This document shows positions 55,289-64,000 of a stretch of DNA of 64,000 nucleotides, piece by piece (the first letter of the stretch is position 1; the number at the start of each line of letters is the position of its first letter). The stretch is from Candidatus Methanomethylicia archaeon (lineage in GTDB: Archaea > Thermoproteota > Methanomethylicia > Culexarchaeales > Culexarchaeaceae): positions 32,001 to 96,000 of the forward strand of contig JAVYVS010000004.1 in assembly GCA_038727515.1 (NCBI GenBank). The letters are read 5' to 3'. Under the pieces are notes generated by a model. It had not been told where the DNA came from and searched no databases. It saw only the letters and a program-made list of their open reading frames with translations. The position numbers and the translations under genes were made by a program.

Positions 55289-55694
55289 ATTTGAATCTAG
55301 AGTGGCTGGTATAGTATTTTTCCCCCCATTAATAGTTTCAACAATTTTTAGGGGTGGACTTAGACTTGATGGTATTTTAATTTCCATCTCCGATTCCAAT
55401 CCATTTATTGAAGCTTTGAATATGATTAAATCTTCTAAATTTTTCGATGAACTTAATTTCATATTTTTTGGATATGGTGATTGGAGTGGTTTAGATATAG
55501 ATTATGCATATGAGTTTTTAGGTAAACCTGTTATACATATCTCTAATAGTAGTGTAAAGTTTGTAGGTTTAAGTGATCATGATTTTAAGCGTTTAATGGA
55601 TATTGTTTGTGTACATGGTGAAGTTGAAGCTTTAAGAGTTTCCCGTATTATAGCGTTAAAGCTATTAAGGACTGTGTATAATTATTCTTTTTGA
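55278..55694 (+). CDS. DUF99 (endonuclease V-like) protein, short and degenerate
   Basis: IFRGGLRLDGI; GKPVI; EALRVSRIIA; conserved position between rpoL and tfs. Confidence 0.55.
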   Translation: MKVKFESRVAGIVFFPPLIVSTIFRGGLRLDGILISISDSNPFIEALNMIKSSKFFDELNFIFFGYGDWSGLDIDYAYEFLGKPVIHISNSSVKFVGLSDHDFKRLMDIVCVHGEVEALRVSRIIALKLLRTVYNYSF

Positions 55695-55700
55695 CTTTAC

Positions 55701-56042
55701 GTGATGGTTATGGAGTTTTGCGATAAATGTGGAGCTATGATGTATCCTAAGAGGATTAATGGTAAAGTCGTACTTGTATGTAATTCATGTGGATTTATTA
55801 AAGAATCCCCTAATGTTGGTATGAGAGTTGTGGAGAAAAGAGAGAGGAATCCTAAGGCTGAGCTTGTAATTGTAGATTCAAGTACCGCTGTTAATGTTAT
55901 GCCTAAGGTTAAAGCTATTTGTCCTAGGTGTGGCAACGATGAAGCTTACTGGTGGATGGTTCAAACTAGAAGGGGTGATGAAGCCCCCACAAGATTCTAT
56001 AGATGTACTAAGTGTAATTATACTTGGAGAGAATATGAGTAG
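55701..56042 (+). CDS. tfs: Transcription factor S (TFS)
   Basis: FCDKCG...CNSC; CPRCG; QTRRGDEAPTRFYRCTKC with the acidic DE hairpin. Confidence 0.93.
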   Translation: MMVMEFCDKCGAMMYPKRINGKVVLVCNSCGFIKESPNVGMRVVEKRERNPKAELVIVDSSTAVNVMPKVKAICPRCGNDEAYWWMVQTRRGDEAPTRFYRCTKCNYTWREYE

Positions 56043-56086
56043 CTTCCGATAAGCATTAATATATTGTTTTAGATATTTGATTTTGG

Positions 56087-56839
56087 GTGTATACTATGTT
56101 TAGATTTTCTATATCTGATGTAAAGGTTTGGAGGAATATTATAGATTCCATTTCTGAACTCATTGATGAAGCAAATTTTGTAGCTACTACAGATGGAATT
56201 TCATTAAGGGCTATGGATCCTTCGCATGTGGCTATGGTGGAAGTTGAGCTTCCAAGCTCCTTTTTTGATGAATATGAGTGTAGTGAAACTATGAATATAG
56301 GTGTTAATTTAGATGAATTTATGAAGATTTTACGTAGAGGTTCTTCTAGTGATAAATTAGAGATTGAAGTTTCCAGTGATAGAAAGCTTAAGATTACCTT
56401 TAGTGATAAGGCTAAGAGGTATTTCAGTATACCCCTATTGGATTTATCTTGGGAGGAGCTTACATCTCCATCAATTGAATTCAATGTTTATAGTAGGCTT
56501 GTCTCAGAGGTTTTTGAAGATGCAATTAAAGATGCAAGTTTAATTAGTGATTTTGTTAAGATTTCGGCTGATAAAGACTTTTTGATAATTTCTGCATCTG
56601 GGGATAGAGGGGATGTGGAGGTTAAGTTAAGTGAGGATATGGGTTCTTTAATAGAGCTTAATGTTAAAGAGCCTTCTAGTAGCACTTATAGTTTGAATTA
56701 TCTAGAGGATTTAGTTAAGACTTCTAAGGCAAGTGAGATTTTAACTTTAGAGTTTTCTAATGATATGCCTATGAAATTGAGTTTTGAACTTCCAAATAAT
56801 GGTAGGATAACCTACTATCTAGCTCCAAGAATTGAATAG
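56087..56839 (+). CDS. pcn: PCNA sliding clamp
   Basis: RAMDPSHVAMV; YSLNYL; YYLAPRIE. Confidence 0.96.
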   Translation: MYTMFRFSISDVKVWRNIIDSISELIDEANFVATTDGISLRAMDPSHVAMVEVELPSSFFDEYECSETMNIGVNLDEFMKILRRGSSSDKLEIEVSSDRKLKITFSDKAKRYFSIPLLDLSWEELTSPSIEFNVYSRLVSEVFEDAIKDASLISDFVKISADKDFLIISASGDRGDVEVKLSEDMGSLIELNVKEPSSSTYSLNYLEDLVKTSKASEILTLEFSNDMPMKLSFELPNNGRITYYLAPRIE

Positions 56840-56908
56840 TTTAAAACTTTAAATACACTTTATATTTAGGTGGAGATAACCTAAAATATTACTATTTGGA
56901 TTTGCTTA

Positions 56909-57958
56909 TTGTATATGTCTCTTTCACGTGAAGATTTAGCTAAATACCCATTTTGTAAGGAGGCTAGGGATTATATTTCCATTTTAGGTTTTACTTTAGA
57001 TGAAATTTTTCAACCGGATTTCTCCACAGTTCTTGAGAGGGTTTTTGAGAGGTTTAAGAGTTCTATTGAATTTGGTAGAGTGAAAACTTATTTAACTGAT
57101 TTAGATGTTGAAATTCTATCTTTCCATGTAGCTAATATAATTCTATCATTTCTTGGTGATAGTGCTTTTTCCATGAGGTATGCTGTTTCAGAGGCTAAGA
57201 GGGTTTATGAAGAGCTTAGGGTTGATGATGATTATAAGCTTATTTTAATTTCTGAGGGTAGTTTTAATTGGAGGGTTAAATCTATTCGTCGAGGTGGCTT
57301 CCAAATTTTCTTTGCTGATTTCCTTAAATTTTCACCTTCCTTTGAAGCTTTTAATTGGAAGCTTGTTAATAGGCATTTATATGGTGGATGGGTTTATGTG
57401 GGTAAAGACGAACTTGCTAGGCTTATTTCTGAAAAGGTTAAATTTGATATTTACTTTAAGTCTACTCAACCTCCTCCACCAATAGCCCTCCCAGAATTTA
57501 TTGCTAATAGGATTGAAGATTTGAGGAGGATCTTCTCAAGTAGGAGGAAGATTTCTGAGGTTAAGGGTGTTGAGGGTTCCGTTGTTGAAAGTGCTATACC
57601 ACCTTGTATACGTAGTATTATGGATGGTGTTTTGAAAGGTGAATCTCTTCCACATATGGCTAGATTTACTCTAGCTACATTTCTATTAGGTATTGGTAGA
57701 GATGTTGAATACGTTATTAAAATCTTTTCATCTTCTGCTGATTATGATGAGAAGATGACTAGATATCAAGTTGAGCATGTAGCTGGTTTAAGAGGGTCGA
57801 AAACTAAGTATTCTCCTCCAAAATGTAATACTTTAAAGACTTTTGGATTATGTATCCCAGATGATTTTTGTATTTCACGTAGAGTTAAGCATCCCCTAAA
57901 TTATTATAAGTTGAAGGTTGGAGTTTCCGGTGGCGTTAAAGTTGAAGGTGGAAGTTAG
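56909..57958 (+). CDS. priL: DNA primase large subunit
   Basis: AKYPF; WKLVNR; PPCI; LPHMARF; TRYQVEH; YSPPKC...GLC...C...HPLNYY. Confidence 0.93.
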   Translation: MYMSLSREDLAKYPFCKEARDYISILGFTLDEIFQPDFSTVLERVFERFKSSIEFGRVKTYLTDLDVEILSFHVANIILSFLGDSAFSMRYAVSEAKRVYEELRVDDDYKLILISEGSFNWRVKSIRRGGFQIFFADFLKFSPSFEAFNWKLVNRHLYGGWVYVGKDELARLISEKVKFDIYFKSTQPPPPIALPEFIANRIEDLRRIFSSRRKISEVKGVEGSVVESAIPPCIRSIMDGVLKGESLPHMARFTLATFLLGIGRDVEYVIKIFSSSADYDEKMTRYQVEHVAGLRGSKTKYSPPKCNTLKTFGLCIPDDFCISRRVKHPLNYYKLKVGVSGGVKVEGGS

Positions 57959-59177
57959 AGATTTCATTAAGGATAGCTTTAGAAGTTATTATTCTTCTTC
58001 ATTTATTGAAGCTCCAAGTGATATTAGTAGGAGGGAATTTGGATTTATCTTTATTGGTCAAGAGGGTATGAGGAGGCATTTATCATTTAAGAGCCTTGAA
58101 GATTTAAGGAGATTTCTAATTAGTGAAGTACCTCTACATGCATACTTCTCCTCTGCTTACTATGATTTCCCAGATGTTGAAGATATGGATGGAAAAGTTT
58201 GGAGGGGTGCTGACTTGGTTTTTGATATTGATGCTGATCATATACCTACACCTTGTAAAGAAGTTCATGATTCTTGGAGATGTTTAGATTGTGGTTTTTC
58301 CTCTAAGGGTATGGCTCCCACAGAATGTCCTAATTGTTCTTCTAGGAGGATTGAAACCGACTATTGGTTTTGTGATTTATGTTTAGATGCTGCTAGAGAT
58401 GAAGCTTTTAGATTAGTTGAGGAATTCCTTGTTTCTGAATTTGGTTTTTCCATTAAGGATATGATTATCGTCTTCTCTGGGCATAGAGGTTATCATATTC
58501 ATGTTAGAGATAAAACAGCTTTTGAATTAAGTATTGAAGCTAGAAGGGAGATAACAGATTATATTAGAGGTATTGGGCTTTCAGTTGAACTACATGGTTT
58601 TCCCTCTAAATCTTCTTCAGATATTCCTCCACCATCCCTTTCAGATTTTGGTTGGCGTGGTAGACTTATTAGAGCTATTTATGATTTCATATGTTCCGCT
58701 TCCCTTAGCGATTTGAAGCTTATTTTAGGTGAAAGAATTGGTAGAATTGTGTATGAGAATAGAAGTTTAATTTTATCTTCCTTTGAATCTTCTCCTCCAA
58801 AATGGCCTATTATAAATGGTTTATCTATGAAGGTTTGGGGTAAACTTGCTTCTAAGCTTTTAGATAGAGTTGTAATACATATTGATGAACGTGTAACTAG
58901 TGATATTAAGCGTTTAATGAGGCTTCCATCTTCAATTCATGGTAAAACTGGGCTTATAGCTAAATCTATGAGTATTGGCTTCTTAGATAATTTTCAACCT
59001 ATTTTTGATGCTTCCGCGTTTGGTTTTGAAGATTTTAAGATTCATGTTTTTCATATGCCTAAGATCCTTATAGGTGGAAATTTTTATGGGCCTTATAGGG
59101 ATGAAGATGTTCTTCTCCCTAAGACTATTGCCATGTACCTTATATGTAGAGGTTCTGCAACTTTATTAAATGGTTAA
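57918..59177 (+). CDS. priS: DNA primase small (catalytic) subunit with Zn-ribbon insertion
   Basis: REFGF; DLVFDIDAD; FSGHRGYHIH; IDERVTSDIKRLMRLPSSIHGKTG; alternative GTG start at 57948. Confidence 0.94.
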   Translation: MEFPVALKLKVEVRDFIKDSFRSYYSSSFIEAPSDISRREFGFIFIGQEGMRRHLSFKSLEDLRRFLISEVPLHAYFSSAYYDFPDVEDMDGKVWRGADLVFDIDADHIPTPCKEVHDSWRCLDCGFSSKGMAPTECPNCSSRRIETDYWFCDLCLDAARDEAFRLVEEFLVSEFGFSIKDMIIVFSGHRGYHIHVRDKTAFELSIEARREITDYIRGIGLSVELHGFPSKSSSDIPPPSLSDFGWRGRLIRAIYDFICSASLSDLKLILGERIGRIVYENRSLILSSFESSPPKWPIINGLSMKVWGKLASKLLDRVVIHIDERVTSDIKRLMRLPSSIHGKTGLIAKSMSIGFLDNFQPIFDASAFGFEDFKIHVFHMPKILIGGNFYGPYRDEDVLLPKTIAMYLICRGSATLLNG

Positions 59178-59204
59178 CTTAATATTTTAATTGAGGTTTA
59201 GTGG

Positions 59205-59723
59205 ATGTACAATGATATTATTGAAGCTTTAAAAAGGGAATTGGAATTTGACTCTCTCTCCACTTTACCCAAGGATTTCTATATGAATGTTAGATTGTAT
59301 TTTAAGGGGTTAATGGATAAAATTGAGTCTTCACCTGAAGATTTAGCTGAATTGTTAAAGTATGAGTTAGATTTAACGATGAGGATGATATCTACAATTT
59401 TTGAATTAAGAATTTACAAGATGATTAAACACATCTTTTCTGGTGCTATAACTCCTCCAGAAGGACTTTTAGATGAAGAATTAGAGGCATATGTTAAGAT
59501 TAAAGAAGCCATATCTACAGTTCTTCAATCACTAAATTCCTCAATTAAATCTCTAGATATTATTACAAAAAGAATATTAGTTCGTTTTACAGCAAGTGTT
59601 TCTGAATTTGTTGGGGTGGATCTAGTGGTTTATGGCCCCTTTGAACCTGAAGATGTGGCTAACATACCTTTAATAAATAGTGAAGCATTAATCTTAAAGG
59701 GTGTTGCTGAAAAATTGGAGTAG
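59205..59723 (+). CDS. GINS subunit (Gins51/Gins15)
   Basis: LPKDFY; RIYKM; FVGVDLVVYGPFEPEDVANIP; position after priS. Confidence 0.88.
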   Translation: MYNDIIEALKRELEFDSLSTLPKDFYMNVRLYFKGLMDKIESSPEDLAELLKYELDLTMRMISTIFELRIYKMIKHIFSGAITPPEGLLDEELEAYVKIKEAISTVLQSLNSSIKSLDIITKRILVRFTASVSEFVGVDLVVYGPFEPEDVANIPLINSEALILKGVAEKLE

Positions 59724-60013
59724 TGGTGATGAAAATGAAGGTTCCCTCAATCGTTATGAAATATTGCCCTAGATGTAATTCACATACTGAGCATTCGGTT
59801 TCACTTTATAAAGCTGGTCAACGTAGATCTCTTGCTCAAGGTGAGAGGAGATTTACAGCTAAGAATAAGGGTTATGGTAGTAAGAGGGCTTCTGAGCAGA
59901 AGAGGTTTGCTAAAGTTACGAAGAAGCAAGTTTTAAAGTTGAAGTGTAAAAAGTGTGGGCACATTCTCCATACAGTTGGAATTAGATTGAAGCGAATTGA
60001 AATTAAGGGGTGA
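59723..60013 (+). CDS. rpl44e: 50S ribosomal protein L44e (eL42)
   Basis: YCPRCNSHTEH; KGYG; KVTKK...CKKCG. Confidence 0.95.
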   Translation: MVMKMKVPSIVMKYCPRCNSHTEHSVSLYKAGQRRSLAQGERRFTAKNKGYGSKRASEQKRFAKVTKKQVLKLKCKKCGHILHTVGIRLKRIEIKG

Positions 60014-60227
60014 GATCTTGCTTATTGGAGTTAAAAAGAAGAAGATTTTAACACCTGAACCTAAGAGTAAGTTTATTTTAATTTCTTGTCCTGATTGTGG
60101 TAATGAACAAGTATCTTTTGATAGAGCTTCAACAATTGTTAAATGCCATATTTGTGGTAGAGTTTTAATTGAGCCTAGTAGTGGTAAAGCTAAAGTTAGG
60201 GGTAGATTGATTAAGGTTTTAGAGTAG
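59997..60227 (+). CDS. rps27e: 30S ribosomal protein S27e
   Basis: PKSKF..ISCPDCGNEQ; VKCHICG..L..PSSGKA. Confidence 0.95.
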   Translation: MKLRGEILLIGVKKKKILTPEPKSKFILISCPDCGNEQVSFDRASTIVKCHICGRVLIEPSSGKAKVRGRLIKVLE

Positions 60228-60244
60228 GATTTGAGGGGTTAATA

Positions 60245-61039
60245 TTGTCATTTAAAGTTAGAGATCTACCTGAGGTTGGTGAACTTGTAATAGCTACTGT
60301 AAATGAAGTTTTCGATAAAGGTGCATATGTAACTTTAGATGAATATCCAAATGTTAATGGATACGTTCCAATAGGTGAAGTTGCATCTACGTGGGTTCAT
60401 AATATACGTGATTATCTTAAAGAAGGTAGGAAGGTTGTTTTGAAAGTTATAAGGGTTGATAAGAGTAAGAAGTATGTGGATTTATCTCTTAGGAGGGTTA
60501 GTGATAAGGAGAGGAAGGATAAACTTTTAGAGTGGAAGAGGTTTAATAGAGGTTTAAAGCTTATTGAATTATTGTCTGAAAAGACCGGTATGAGTTTGGA
60601 TGATATTAAATCTGAAGTTGTAGAGAAGTTTATTGAGAATTTTGGTGATGTTTTAGCAGGCTTTGAGGAAGCTGCTAGATTTGGTCTATCCCCAATAGTT
60701 AATGCTGGGATACCTAGGGATTTAGCTGAAGTTATTGTGGATTTAGCTAAAGATAATATTGAACTTAAAGAAGTTAAGGTTAGTGCAATATTACAATTGT
60801 CTTCTAATGCTAGTGATGGTCTTCTACATATCATTGAAGCTTTAAATGCTGCTAAAAATGCCATTGAATCTATGAGGGGTGTGAAATATAGGATTTATGC
60901 TATTGGAGCGCCGAAATATAGAATTGATATTTCAGCTAAAGATTATAAGGTTGCTGAAGAAGCTTTAAAGATTGCTGTTGATGCAGCTTTAAACAAGATT
61001 TCATCTTTAGGAGGTCAAGGAAGTTTTAGGAGGGTTTGA
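60245..61039 (+). CDS. eif2a: Translation initiation factor aIF-2 alpha
   Basis: LPEVGELV; GAYVTLDEY; LKVIRVD..K.YVDLSLRRV; GAPKYRI. Confidence 0.95.
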   Translation: MSFKVRDLPEVGELVIATVNEVFDKGAYVTLDEYPNVNGYVPIGEVASTWVHNIRDYLKEGRKVVLKVIRVDKSKKYVDLSLRRVSDKERKDKLLEWKRFNRGLKLIELLSEKTGMSLDDIKSEVVEKFIENFGDVLAGFEEAARFGLSPIVNAGIPRDLAEVIVDLAKDNIELKEVKVSAILQLSSNASDGLLHIIEALNAAKNAIESMRGVKYRIYAIGAPKYRIDISAKDYKVAEEALKIAVDAALNKISSLGGQGSFRRV

Positions 61040-61048
61040 GATTTAATT

Positions 61049-61231
61049 ATGCCTTGGCTATTAAGGAAATGTGTTTCTTGTGGTTCCTATACCCTTAAAA
61101 AGGATAAATGTCCTTATTGTGGTGGACCTGTTAAAATTCCACATCCACCTAAATTTTCACCTGAAGATAAATATGGACGTTATAGGAGAATGATGAAAAA
61201 ACTTTCTGAAGAAAGTGAATCTAAAGTTTAA
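61049..61231 (+). CDS. nop10: H/ACA RNP protein Nop10
   Basis: RKC..CGSYTLK..CPYCGG...PHPPKFSPEDKYGRYRR. Confidence 0.96.
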   Translation: MPWLLRKCVSCGSYTLKKDKCPYCGGPVKIPHPPKFSPEDKYGRYRRMMKKLSEESESKV

Positions 61232-63243
61232 TTTTGATATTTTATCTTATATACAAATACATATCCATTGGATGATTGGAATATTAATTCAAAGTTTTCT
61301 GGTTTTGGTATATTTATCCCCCAACTCTTCCAGATCTCACTTCTTGTATTGAAGATTAATCTGTAGAGGGTTGCTTGACTAGCCTTTGGACCTGTTGGTA
61401 GATATAGCCCATATCCATATTGTGTACTATATGTCATGTAGTCTGTAACGTTTAATCCAGCTATTTTAGCCATCCAATATGATTTTACAAAATCTCCCCA
61501 ACCTCTACCTGCAAATAGGAATCCAGTATTCGTATCGAAGGCTTCAAAGACGACTACATGTGTTGCACCCATTTCACTAAATATCTTTAAAGCTTCCGTT
61601 TCATTTGATAGGAATGCTAATGCAACCCTCTTTATTTTCCCTTCATCTAGTGTAGCATTATCTGCTACACTTGTTTTATTTGCTATAACTGTTATCCAAT
61701 ATCCATAATCCCACCATGATGCTACAACTGCATCATTGGGTAGATTGCTCCTCATCCACAATAATGCTTCTATCCAATCTGTACATTCATTACTTATTGG
61801 TAGTGAAGATGTAACTATTTGTTGTGGGGTTGCTGCGTAATTCCTCCAGCTTGTGATTGGAAGTATCAATGTGGCTGAAACAATTATTAGTATTATTACG
61901 TTACTTCTTATACTCCCTCTATACATCTTCCTCCTCTTAATATGTTTCCTTTCCTCAATTATTCTTTCAATATTTTGTGTATATAATGTGTTTATTAAGT
62001 GTGCTGATAATAATGCTATGAAGGGTGATGCAAGCATCATTAGCCTAGCCATAGTTGATGAGAAGTATGCTGAAGTTAATCCTCCTAATGCAATGAAGAT
62101 ATCTAATTCTCCACCACGTTTCCAGAGTTGATATAATCCTGCAGCTGCTAATGGTATTAGCAATCCATATTGATAGTATATTTGACTCCATGTTGGCATT
62201 TGATGTTCTGCCACTGATTCTACGAGTGGTATAGATGTTCTTTGAAATGGATTTATTACTGTTGCTATTCTCCCAGTTAATGATGATAGCATTCCTAAAC
62301 CTTCTAATATTGCTACACCTATAATCCCAATGGTAACTACAAGGGCTATTCCAATGATTTTTGCATTTCTATCCTTAACATTTTGCATTATATCTTTTAA
62401 TGTAAGTATTAATGTTGTTGTTATTGGTATGATTGTAGCATAGCTTATAAAGTATTTTCTTGCAAAGTATGGGTATTGTGATGAGATCATCATAGCTATT
62501 CCAATTGTTAATACGTAATTTATCAATAGCTTCCTTGAATACCTCTTTAATAAAATCATTAGTATTGCATATACCGCGTATAGATTTAATAGGTATATGC
62601 TTCCACCCCATGTTATATTCATGTAGGCTAATGATAATCCACTTAATATGGCATATGCTATATTACCATTTTTCATTGCTTTAATCCAGAATAGTATGCT
62701 TAAGGTCATAGCTAGAAATCCTACACATTCATTATCAAAGAATCCTGCTGTAGTTCTCTGCATAAATGCTTGAACTGTAGCGAGTATTAGAGCTGCAATT
62801 AATCCAGTTCCATCTCCATCAATTTCCCTACCAATCAAATAGGCTATTATTACTGTTAATCCACCCATTAATGCTGGCATTATTGCACAAAATTCCATTA
62901 AGTCTATGTTGAATCCAAGTATCTTCGCTATTGTGTATAATATGGATGCTGTTAATGGTACTCCTAAATATGATGTTTCTGGAATATTTCTACCATTTGG
63001 ATACCAGCTCATTTTATCATACCATGTAAACCATGATGTTAATCCATGGTCTAGTATGTATTGTGTCATCCTATATTGATAGTAAGTATCATATTCACTT
63101 AGGTATGGTCCATACTTTATTACTGGTAGCATTCTTATTAGGAAAGCTAATAGGAATATTGATGTTAACGTTACAATTTTTAAAGTTATTCTTAAAGTTT
63201 TTATATTTATAAGCTTCTTCAAACCATTTTTCAAATACTTCAC
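61228..63243 (-). CDS. aglB: Oligosaccharyltransferase AglB/STT3
   Basis: EYDTYYQYR; WYPNGR; GFFDNE; SVAEHQ; WWDYGY; DNAT; DFVK. Confidence 0.95.
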   Translation of the reverse strand: MKYLKNGLKKLINIKTLRITLKIVTLTSIFLLAFLIRMLPVIKYGPYLSEYDTYYQYRMTQYILDHGLTSWFTWYDKMSWYPNGRNIPETSYLGVPLTASILYTIAKILGFNIDLMEFCAIMPALMGGLTVIIAYLIGREIDGDGTGLIAALILATVQAFMQRTTAGFFDNECVGFLAMTLSILFWIKAMKNGNIAYAILSGLSLAYMNITWGGSIYLLNLYAVYAILMILLKRYSRKLLINYVLTIGIAMMISSQYPYFARKYFISYATIIPITTTLILTLKDIMQNVKDRNAKIIGIALVVTIGIIGVAILEGLGMLSSLTGRIATVINPFQRTSIPLVESVAEHQMPTWSQIYYQYGLLIPLAAAGLYQLWKRGGELDIFIALGGLTSAYFSSTMARLMMLASPFIALLSAHLINTLYTQNIERIIEERKHIKRRKMYRGSIRSNVIILIIVSATLILPITSWRNYAATPQQIVTSSLPISNECTDWIEALLWMRSNLPNDAVVASWWDYGYWITVIANKTSVADNATLDEGKIKRVALAFLSNETEALKIFSEMGATHVVVFEAFDTNTGFLFAGRGWGDFVKSYWMAKIAGLNVTDYMTYSTQYGYGLYLPTGPKASQATLYRLIFNTRSEIWKSWGINIPKPENFELIFQSSNGYVFVYKIKYQN

Positions 63244-63409
63244 CTTCTAGTTTAATAACCGTAGATATATATGTTCAAAACTTTTATATGTATTATGTTC
63301 TAGTTTATTTATGATTGGTGTTTTGGGGATGTCCCAACGCCAAATTTAAATCTTGAAAAGTATATTTCAATGCTGTTTTTAAGGATTACACTATTGGATG
63401 GTGAATTTT

Positions 63410-64000
63410 ATGGGCGTTGTTGGAACTATTGAGAGAGATTATAAAGGGTCTGTAATTGAAGAAGATGTATTCAAGTTTTGGAGGGATAATAACATTTATG
63501 GTTTAGTTAAGAGTAGACTTAAAGATAAACCAAAATTATACTTTCTAGACGGCCCACCATACGTTACAAATCCTATTCATGTTGGTACTGCTTGGAATAA
63601 GATTTTGAAAGATGCATTTCTAAGGTATTTCCGAATGATTGGTTATAATGTTAGGGATCAACCTGGATATGATATGCATGGTCTTCCAATAGAGGTTATG
63701 GTTGAGAAGAAGCTTGGTTTAAAGTTTAAGAAGGATATTGAGAAGCTTGGTGTTGACAATTTCATTGAGGAATGTGAGAAGTATGCATTGGAGAATCTGA
63801 AGATTATGGAGGGGCAATTTAAGAATCTCGGTGTTTGGATGGATTGGGATCATCCATATAGAACTATTGACTCAAATTATATTCAAGCTGCATGGTGGCT
63901 TGTTAAACGTGCATATGAACGTGGTCTTCTCTCTGAGGGGTATATGGTTTTCCATTGGTGTCCAAGATGTGAAACTGTTCTTTCAGGTTATGAGGTTACT
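63410..64000 (+). CDS. ileS: Isoleucyl-tRNA synthetase (5' part)
   Basis: ATG at 63410 after GGTGA: MGVVGTIERDY...FLDGPPYVTNPIHVGTAWNKILKD...PGYDMHGLPIE...WCPRCETVLS. Confidence 0.95.
   Translation, partial: MGVVGTIERDYKGSVIEEDVFKFWRDNNIYGLVKSRLKDKPKLYFLDGPPYVTNPIHVGTAWNKILKDAFLRYFRMIGYNVRDQPGYDMHGLPIEVMVEKKLGLKFKKDIEKLGVDNFIEECEKYALENLKIMEGQFKNLGVWMDWDHPYRTIDSNYIQAAWWLVKRAYERGLLSEGYMVFHWCPRCETVLSGYEVT

Overview
AT-rich archaeal chromosome segment. The informational genes (PCNA-PriL-PriS-GINS-L44e-S27e-aIF2a-Nop10, Csl4, Rpo11, TFS, Dph2, AglB, and a tRNA-Gln with an A1-U72 pair) are unambiguously archaeal and look TACK/Thermoproteota-like; finer taxonomy cannot be fixed from this window. 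Layout: (1) 1-12.2 kb, a compositionally foreign surface-glycan biosynthesis island with decaying genes; (2) 13-25 kb, mixed metabolic and regulatory genes with several frameshifted ones; (3) 25-37.6 kb, the main finding: bacterial-type peptidoglycan recycling enzymes (AnmK, NagZ, NamZ, MurQ, MurK-like kinase) plus a serine D-peptidase/AmiE-like hydrolase and a D-aminoacylase-like amidohydrolase, interleaved with native archaeal genes and sharing the host's strand-specific codon bias. This suggests an archaeon that scavenges bacterial cell wall; (4) 37.6-52 kb, divergent PGK, a DUF35-HMG-CoA synthase fusion with an apparently catalytically dead thiolase, an M23-like protein, tdh-kbl, a ribophorin-I-like protein, glycine cleavage P subunits, SAMP and MtaB; (5) 52-64 kb, the conserved informational cluster, a eukaryote-like STT3/AglB and the 5' part of ileS. 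Other observations include a Lys-less threonine-synthase-fold/wHTH fusion, two clear operator motifs and two small genes missed by the ORF track. All family assignments come from motif recognition by eye, not from database searches.
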